Both the position numbers and the translations under genes were made by a program. Shown here piece after piece: positions 57,599 through 64,000 of a stretch of 64,000 nucleotides of DNA; positions within the stretch are counted from its first letter, which is position 1; every line of letters begins with the position of its first letter. The notes under the pieces are model-generated. The model was not told the origin of the DNA, made no database searches, and worked only from the letters and a program-made list of their open reading frames with translations. This DNA comes from Nitrospirae bacterium MYbin3 (GTDB taxonomy: Bacteria; Nitrospirota; Thermodesulfovibrionia; Thermodesulfovibrionales; Dissulfurispiraceae): positions 1 through 64,000 of the forward strand of contig PEAD01000006.1 in NCBI GenBank assembly GCA_002753335.1, in the 5' to 3' direction.

Positions 57599-60100
57599 TT
57601 ATGTCTTAAACCACGCTGCCGTTGAGTTCAGGTCCGAAGCGAGTTTAGACAGGTCTTCAGAGGCGTGGCGTATCCCTTCAACAGACTCGTTCAGCTCCCT
57701 TGTTATAACAGAAATGTTCTCCATGTTGTGCGATACCTCTGTAGCTGTGGAGGACTGTTCTTCGGTTGCGGTCGCTATCCGCTGCACCATGTCAGTGACC
57801 GTTTCAACATTGGAAACTATATTGCCCATTGAAGTCAGCGTATTTTTAACATCGGCAAGCACCTTTACGATAGAGCCCCTCTGCTCGTGCATGAAGTCAA
57901 CAGACTCTTTTACCTCGCCCTGCATCGACTTCACCGTCTTGGCTATGTCGTCGGCAGCAATCGTTGTACGCTCCGCAAGCTGTCTTACGCTATCGGCAAC
58001 AACCGCAAACCCCCGTCCCTGATCGCCTGCTCTGGCAGCCTCTATCGCAGCATTAAGCGCCAACAGATTGGTCTGGTCTGCGATCTCTTTTATGAGAGTT
58101 ATGATGTTGTTTATTTCGGAAGATTTCTTTCCGAGAGATTCTACTTTTTCTGCCGACTTTCTGACCATTTCGGCAAAGCGTTCAAGCTCCTGTGCGGTGC
58201 AGTCAACAGCGCCTTTGCCCTGAAGCGCGGTGTCTTTCATCACTTCGGCGGTCTGCGCAGTATCCGAAGCGTTGCGCGCCATGTCTATCGTGGTCTGCGA
58301 CATTTCTGTCATAGCTGTTGCGGCTTGATCGGTTTGTGAGGCCTGCGCAGAAGAGCCACTGCTCAGGCGCTCAGATACCGTTGTAAGCGCCTGTGAATCG
58401 TGGGACATCTTATTTATGGATTCTCGTATCTGTGTCGTTATGTCACTAAGCTTTACCGTGGCTTGATTGAAATTCACGGCAAGGCCGCCGAACTCATCCT
58501 TCCTCTTTTCGTCCATACGCTTGCTGAAGTCGCCGTTGCCAAAGCCTTCGGCAAGGCCCTGCAGTTCGCGCACAGGCGTCAGTATCGAGCTTACAACCGT
58601 CTTGCTGAATAAAATGCCTATAACAAGCGTCACCAAGCTTATAACGCCAACACTGACCAGATATGTGCTGACTATATTATTGACCGATTTTATCGCCTTC
58701 TCCTGCGCCTCCTGAGCTGTGGTCATGCCTTTTTTGCCTTTTTCGCGCTGTTGGGCGACCGTATTTTTGAGTTTCTCGTTCAGGGCAAAGGCCTGTTCAT
58801 TGACGCTCAAGACCCTGTTCAGCTTCTCTATTACCCCATCCTTGGAAAAGAGCAGCCCCTTTATATCCGACATGGAGCCGCCTACCGCCTTTATAAGCTT
58901 GACCTCCTCGGTCCTCTTTGCGGATGACAATGAATCCGCCAGCTTTTTTTCGAGCGAAGCAGCCCGTTCGAACCTGCTTTTCAGTTCGGCGTTCATAGAA
59001 TTCAGCTCCTGCAGCCTTCTAACGCTGAACAGCCTGCCTATAAGCCCCTCGATATTCAGGCCGAGGGCGGTAAGCTCGCTGTTCATAAGCAGTATGTCGC
59101 CTGCGGAAGTAGAGCCTTTCAGGGATGAGTCGAAATTAGCATTCTCTGACTGGAATTTGTCACCCGATTTTTCGATCTCGTCCTGTATAAGCACCGCAAG
59201 GTTGCCGAGAGTTTGTTTGGCGAAAGGCATGTTTTTATCAAAAATGACATGTCCCGAATCGGATGTCACAGCATCGTCTTCAAAGGTGTTCTTCTTGGCC
59301 TGAATAAGTCCGTTAGCGCCTGCCAGAAGCTTCTGCAGGTCAGATGCGGCCAGCAAACAGCTTTTTGAGAGTTCGGTGTCCCCAAATGTCCTGAGGTTGG
59401 CTGCATTTGCCGTAATAATGCGAAGCGAGGCGTTTATCCGGTTGTTTGCCACGAGAACATCAGAAACCCTTCTTGCTGCCGAAAGCTCTAACAAATATGA
59501 CCCTGCTTCTTTGACGGCCTGATTCAGGGTTTGAAGTATGCCCACCTTGGTGTTTATCTTGCGTGAACTTTCTGAAGAGGATATGAGCTGTCCAACAGAA
59601 GACTTCTGCAGTTTCTTGATCGAGATGTCGAGCTCGGCCAAACGCTTTGAGACCTCTTTCAGCCTGTTCTGCATCAATGCGTCTGCGCTTTTTGCGCCTT
59701 CTTCGGCCTTCAGCCGTTCTTCTGTTGTGCTGAACATGTCTGCTGTAATGCCTGCCAGTTCATCCGCCTTTATCTCTGAAGCGCTATCGCGCTCGGCCTT
59801 AAAAGCGCTCAGATCATCAGCCGTTTTTTTAACGCCGGCAAGGCTGTTTTGGGCTTCTGTTTTTACCGAATTAAAATCCTGCGTGGAGGTCGAAGCCGCC
59901 ACCTTAAGCAGATTGGATGTATGCTCCTGCATCACCCGCTGCAGTTCGACCGTCTTCAACTGGTACGGAGTGGAGCGTTCAGTAAGCATCGAGAGGTTGC
60001 CGTGAACAAACTTCATTCCTATAATGCTGAAGCCGCCTATAATAGCGATCCCAGCAATTGTCACGAACATATTCAGATACAGCTTCTTCTTGATGGTCAT
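57599..60100 (-). CDS. Methyl-accepting chemotaxis protein with a very large helical periplasmic domain
   Basis: TM, ~450 aa helical region, [36 protein letters not shown]. Confidence 0.92.
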   Translation of the reverse strand: MTIKKKLYLNMFVTIAGIAIIGGFSIIGMKFVHGNLSMLTERSTPYQLKTVELQRVMQEHTSNLLKVAASTSTQDFNSVKTEAQNSLAGVKKTADDLSAFKAERDSASEIKADELAGITADMFSTTEERLKAEEGAKSADALMQNRLKEVSKRLAELDISIKKLQKSSVGQLISSSESSRKINTKVGILQTLNQAVKEAGSYLLELSAARRVSDVLVANNRINASLRIITANAANLRTFGDTELSKSCLLAASDLQKLLAGANGLIQAKKNTFEDDAVTSDSGHVIFDKNMPFAKQTLGNLAVLIQDEIEKSGDKFQSENANFDSSLKGSTSAGDILLMNSELTALGLNIEGLIGRLFSVRRLQELNSMNAELKSRFERAASLEKKLADSLSSAKRTEEVKLIKAVGGSMSDIKGLLFSKDGVIEKLNRVLSVNEQAFALNEKLKNTVAQQREKGKKGMTTAQEAQEKAIKSVNNIVSTYLVSVGVISLVTLVIGILFSKTVVSSILTPVRELQGLAEGFGNGDFSKRMDEKRKDEFGGLAVNFNQATVKLSDITTQIRESINKMSHDSQALTTVSERLSSGSSAQASQTDQAATAMTEMSQTTIDMARNASDTAQTAEVMKDTALQGKGAVDCTAQELERFAEMVRKSAEKVESLGKKSSEINNIITLIKEIADQTNLLALNAAIEAARAGDQGRGFAVVADSVRQLAERTTIAADDIAKTVKSMQGEVKESVDFMHEQRGSIVKVLADVKNTLTSMGNIVSNVETVTDMVQRIATATEEQSSTATEVSHNMENISVITRELNESVEGIRHASEDLSKLASDLNSTAAWFKT

Positions 60101-60136
60101 CTAGTCTCCCCCCCCTATTTGCCTTCTTGAAAAAAA

Positions 60137-60916
60137 TCAGTCCTTAATGTACTTTTTGCCTTCTCCCCTGAAAAAGTCGAGGAGTTTCTGCACCTTTGGA
60201 GAAGCCTCGCCTTTTGTGATTACCATAAGGGGCCTGCTTATTTCTGGGGTTTCAACCACCTTGACCTTTTCTTTATGGCCCGGCAGGCTGATAAAACCCT
60301 GACTCACCGCGCCGATGCCCTCAGGGAATATGTTGACCGTTTCTATCTCTTTTCTTGTGGTCTCGACCTCCATGGCGCCCGGAGCATAAGGTGCATTGTC
60401 CATCATAGTTTTCTGGAACACCTTTCTTGTGGCCGAACCTGCATGCGAGGTTATCACTATCACGCCCATGTCAGCACCGCCAACCTTGTTCCAGTTTTCG
60501 ATCTTGCCTGTGTTCAGCCCCTTAAGTTGGTCCTTCGAAAGCTTGTTGACAGGATTGGACGGATTTACTATGACTTTTATGATGTCGGATACGATAGTAT
60601 GCGGCTTGAGGTCTGCCGGAGCCTCGGTGCCTGAGGCCGCCTTCATGCTCGAAATAGCATCGACCAGTTCTTCGGAAGCCATAGCAGCATCGCATCTGCC
60701 CTTGACAAGGTCTTCCATGCCGCTGCCGGTGCCGTTGCCCACAAGCATAAGCTTTATGCCTGTGGCCTTTTCAAAAGCCTCTTTGCCCGGCTCCATAATC
60801 CTTTTTTGCACTGTGGTTGAGCCATTTAATTTCAGAACCTCTTCGGAATACGCAGCAAGCGGAAGCAACAATATAGCCACTCCTGCCAAAAGAACCAACA
60901 AAAATCTGCTTTTCAT
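60137..60916 (-). CDS. PstS-like periplasmic substrate-binding protein
   Basis: Signal peptide, GSTTV, GTGSG, VNPSNPV..LS..QL, W..VGG.D, GSATR..F. Start at ATG 60916 after GGAGG (track start 60928). Confidence 0.82.
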   Translation of the reverse strand: MKSRFLLVLLAGVAILLLPLAAYSEEVLKLNGSTTVQKRIMEPGKEAFEKATGIKLMLVGNGTGSGMEDLVKGRCDAAMASEELVDAISSMKAASGTEAPADLKPHTIVSDIIKVIVNPSNPVNKLSKDQLKGLNTGKIENWNKVGGADMGVIVITSHAGSATRKVFQKTMMDNAPYAPGAMEVETTRKEIETVNIFPEGIGAVSQGFISLPGHKEKVKVVETPEISRPLMVITKGEASPKVQKLLDFFRGEGKKYIKD

Positions 60917-61013
60917 AACTACCTCCATATTTTATTTTTATATTGGACTACAATTATAACTTTTTCTTATAGCTCTAAAGCAAGCAACAATCGGCATCTG
61001 CGCTCGGGAAATA

Positions 61014-62045
61014 TCACTCAAACACCACCAGACATTTCAGCGAACCGCGCGCCTCTACCGTAAGCCTGTAAGCCTCTGCGGTTTCTTCTATTTTAAAGCG
61101 GTGGGTCACAAGTTTTTCTGCGCTCACGATCTTCCTCTCGATAAAACCGAGCGCTTCCTTTGTATCATCCGGCCCGCATGAATATGAAGCCGTAAGTGTT
61201 ATGTCTTTAAAATAAAAATCATTCGGATCAAAAGACAGGATTTCATCAGGCTTTGCCGGAGTGAAAAGTGTTACGGTTCCTCCTATAGCCGCGGATTCTA
61301 TTCCCTGTTTCATAGCATTGACGCTGTTCGGCCCTACAATGACAACATCCGCCATTCTGCCGTCTGTAAGCCTTGACAGTTCTTCTTCAAGTCCGGTTTT
61401 AGAGACATCTATCGCATGGTCAGCGCCGAATTCCAGAGCTTTTTTAATCCTGAAAGAAACCATATCCGCGCCGATTACCTTTCCTGCCCCGAATTCCTTA
61501 GCGAGCAGCACATGCAGTTGTCCCATCACACCAAGCCCGATAACAAGCACTGTGTCGCCTTTTTTTATCCTTGAGCGTTTCAATGATTTAACAACACATG
61601 CGGTTGGTTCGATTAAAGAAGCGTCTTCAAAGCTCACGCCATCAGGCAGGACAAACGTGTCGTTGAGCAAATTGATTTCAGGAACCAGTATATATTCGGA
61701 TACGCCTCCGGGACTTATCTTCGTGCTGCGCCAGGTATCGCACTGAACATGGTCGCCGCGCTCGCAGCAGCGGCATTCCATACACGGCGCGTGATGGTGT
61801 ATGAACACCCGGTCTCCGACTTTAAAACGCCCTTTTTGAATATCGCTTCCGAGCGCAACAATCTCACCCGCAGGCTCATGCCCTATCACAAGCGGCGCCT
61901 TCTTTTCGATGTACCACGGCATCACATCGCCGGAGCATATTCCGCAGGCCTTGGTTTTTACGAGAGCGTCGCGCGGCCCCAAATCAGGAATAGGAACATC
62001 CTCGATTCTTATGTCGGTAAAACTATAAAGCCTTGCAGCCTTCAT
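61014..62045 (-). CDS. Zinc-dependent medium-chain dehydrogenase (sorbitol/threonine DH-like)
   Basis: CGICSGD, GHE, CMECRCC..C, EPTAC, GLGVMG. Start at 62045 (ATGA overlap). Confidence 0.9.
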   Translation of the reverse strand: MKAARLYSFTDIRIEDVPIPDLGPRDALVKTKACGICSGDVMPWYIEKKAPLVIGHEPAGEIVALGSDIQKGRFKVGDRVFIHHHAPCMECRCCERGDHVQCDTWRSTKISPGGVSEYILVPEINLLNDTFVLPDGVSFEDASLIEPTACVVKSLKRSRIKKGDTVLVIGLGVMGQLHVLLAKEFGAGKVIGADMVSFRIKKALEFGADHAIDVSKTGLEEELSRLTDGRMADVVIVGPNSVNAMKQGIESAAIGGTVTLFTPAKPDEILSFDPNDFYFKDITLTASYSCGPDDTKEALGFIERKIVSAEKLVTHRFKIEETAEAYRLTVEARGSLKCLVVFE

Positions 62046-63301
62046 TTCCTGACCAATTTTGTTATGAGCACAATCAGCCAAGCCGCTGCGAGAGAGAGGG
62101 CGATCAGACTGACGCTCACAATGATATTGTTAAAAAGCGACGGGTCTATAAGAAGCACCGCACCTAGACAGAGCATCATAAGGCCCGACACGAGCTTAAG
62201 CACCTGTCCCTGCCATTCAGTAAGCTTTCGCTTTCCGAGAGTCATCGTGAATACAAGAACTATCGATGCAAGCGGTATTACATAGATGACATTGTAGAGC
62301 GCCAGATAAAAATAGTATTGAAGCGTTGTAAGTCCATGAAGCGTCAGCACCCTCGTAAAGACCATCGGGAACCCGGCTGTGCAGAAGAGTTCGTATGTGT
62401 TTGCGGCTGTCGCCAGAACAATAGTACCGAACAGCATCGACGCTGTTGAAGAGGCTTTTAGCAGCCCTCTCATGCGTTCGAAAAGCTTCGGTTTTGCGCT
62501 GTCCGGTATCGAGAGAGAAACACCCTTTGCGAAAAAGAAAAAGTCCTTTATGTTGATTGCCGCTATCACAAGAGCCACCACTCCGGCTCCTACCGTAACC
62601 ATTTTCACTTCTCCCATGTATAGAAAGAAGTTAAGCCAAGCCGCCATAAATATGAAATAGATAAAGCCCGAAAAGAAAACGAAGACACCGCCGATTATCA
62701 GCATCCTGCTGCGCGTCTTTGCATGAACAAGAATTCCAAGCAGAGTGAACAGCACAAAAAATGCGCAGGGGTTGAAGCTGTCGAGCCCGCCTAAAATAAC
62801 GGTCAAGACAGGCAATGCCATCTTTGAAGCGTCAACCTCGCCCATGCCCGGAACATTCACTTTTGTGGACTGCTCGGCGGCGGGGCGTTCGAAAGGTGTT
62901 TTCAGTTTTTGAAGAGGGTCCGGGCAGCCTTTTTTAATGCAGGCCTTTATTTTGCTCTCTATCTCTCTACCGCTCGTTTCATCGGAAATATATCCTATGA
63001 CCGGCGCATAATCACCTATAAACGTTGCCGGAATCCCCGAAACTTTCACGCCGTATGCCTCGGCAACCTCGGACAGAAGTTTGGCATTTTCTTTGTCTTT
63101 CCATATCTCGAAATAAACCACCTCAATTTCTGGGTACATGGCGGACATCCTTACGAGGAAAGGCTTTTCTTCAGTGCAGTGGGGGCACCCCTCACCATAG
63201 AAAAAGACAACCTTCACCTTATTGTCTGCAGCATACGAATATCCAAAAATCAAAAAACTAAAAACAAAAACCAAAAGCATTACTGTTTTTTTAATTTTCA
63301 T
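62042..63301 (-). CDS. Thioredoxin/glutaredoxin-domain membrane protein (CcdA/DsbD-like TM region)
   Basis: Signal peptide, FYGEGCPHC, DSFNPCA, ELFCTAGFP, multiple TMs. Confidence 0.82.
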   Translation of the reverse strand: MKIKKTVMLLVFVFSFLIFGYSYAADNKVKVVFFYGEGCPHCTEEKPFLVRMSAMYPEIEVVYFEIWKDKENAKLLSEVAEAYGVKVSGIPATFIGDYAPVIGYISDETSGREIESKIKACIKKGCPDPLQKLKTPFERPAAEQSTKVNVPGMGEVDASKMALPVLTVILGGLDSFNPCAFFVLFTLLGILVHAKTRSRMLIIGGVFVFFSGFIYFIFMAAWLNFFLYMGEVKMVTVGAGVVALVIAAINIKDFFFFAKGVSLSIPDSAKPKLFERMRGLLKASSTASMLFGTIVLATAANTYELFCTAGFPMVFTRVLTLHGLTTLQYYFYLALYNVIYVIPLASIVLVFTMTLGKRKLTEWQGQVLKLVSGLMMLCLGAVLLIDPSLFNNIIVSVSLIALSLAAAWLIVLITKLVRK

Positions 63302-64000
63302 ATCGCATTCTCCGGTTCTATAATAAACTTCAGGCCGTCGCCTTCGCCGAGCCTATGCAATGCAACCGGCAGTTCACGCAAGGCGTATGAGCCGCTTATC
63401 AGCCGCTTTACAGGCAACCCTGCACACAGAATCGAAAAAGCCTCTTTAACATCAGACGGACTAAAATGAAATACACCCTTAACGGTCATCTCATCATAAT
63501 GGAGCCTGTGCGTGTCAAAACTTGCAGAGGTTCCGCCTTTCACTCCTCCGAAAAGCACGACGGTACCGCCTCTTCGGGAAAAGTTTAGGGAGCTTTCCCA
63601 AACCGACAACTGGCCTGTGCACTCAAAGACATAGTCCATACCAAGACCTTTGGTGAATTCTTTGACAGCACTATCAAGCCCGTTTGCCTCGACCGCCGAA
63701 TCAGCTCCTAAGCCCAAGGCAAAATCGAGCCGGGGCCTGCTCCTTCCCGATACCATAACCCTTGCCCCCTTGCTCTTTGCCATCAACAGATGCAGCAGGC
63801 CTATAGGTCCTGTCCCTATAATTAACACCGTATCTTCTTTTTTGATTTTAAGGCCTGCCATTCCATGAACCACGCAGGCGAGCGGCTCCAGAAAAGCTGC
63901 CTCCTGAAAGGTTAATCTTGACGGCTTTTTAAAAAAATTCTGCCTAGCTATGTGTTCAGGAATAACCAGATACTCGGCATAAGATCCTAAAACCTTTGTG
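63298..64000 (-). CDS. Zinc-dependent dehydrogenase, 5' end beyond the window
   Basis: Frame open to the window edge (GSYAEY...EAAFLEPLACVVHG); GTGPIG; FECTG. Confidence 0.88.
   Translation of the reverse strand, partial: TKVLGSYAEYLVIPEHIARQNFFKKPSRLTFQEAAFLEPLACVVHGMAGLKIKKEDTVLIIGTGPIGLLHLLMAKSKGARVMVSGRSRPRLDFALGLGADSAVEANGLDSAVKEFTKGLGMDYVFECTGQLSVWESSLNFSRRGGTVVLFGGVKGGTSASFDTHRLHYDEMTVKGVFHFSPSDVKEAFSILCAGLPVKRLISGSYALRELPVALHRLGEGDGLKFIIEPENAI

Noticed and set aside
32860..58090. Nucleotide similarity among three loci (~32.9, ~34.6 and ~58.0 kb)
   Set aside because: This is the conserved MCP signalling hairpin in paralogous receptors, not a DNA repeat element.
48960..64000. Integrative element or prophage at tRNA-Ser
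   Set aside because: No integrase, no phage genes, and no duplicate of the tRNA 3' end noticed within the window.
1..64000. CRISPR array, rRNA or IS elements
   Set aside because: No regularly spaced repeat-spacer pattern, rRNA-like tract or transposase ORF was seen.

Overview
A 64 kb bacterial chromosomal segment from an anaerobe. Gene content and order suggest Nitrospirota (Thermodesulfovibrionia) or Desulfobacterota; this is inference only. Most of the window is core genes: ettA, greB-rhlB, galU-hsp20-lon-thiL, argG-dprA-smg-topA, ccsA-hemA-hemC-cobA/hemD, porCDAB and tRNA-Ser(GCT). Signalling-rich accessory blocks sit between them. (1) 1-10.7 kb is a sigma54/IHF-driven cluster with a TauE/SafE transporter, one histidine kinase, four output-less receiver proteins, a PEP-synthase-like protein and a short 'AxxFAEAGE' motif repeated across three different proteins. 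This is the best candidate for an uncharacterised system. (2) 19.5-21.7 kb is a second sigma54/IHF promoter with a highly structured ~100-nt leader, followed by small Cys-protein, STAS and HD-GYP genes. (3) 32-38 kb has two chemoreceptors and a heme-c sensor kinase whose phospho-acceptor His is replaced by Asp. (4) 49-61 kb, downstream of tRNA-Ser, has a membrane-fused ADP-ribosylglycohydrolase, a MalT/SARP-type regulator flanked by 11-bp-phased repeats, an exported TPR-CHAT protease and a PstS-like/MCP pair. No CRISPR array, rRNA, transposase or integrase was seen. All calls come from reading motifs by eye; no searches were run.
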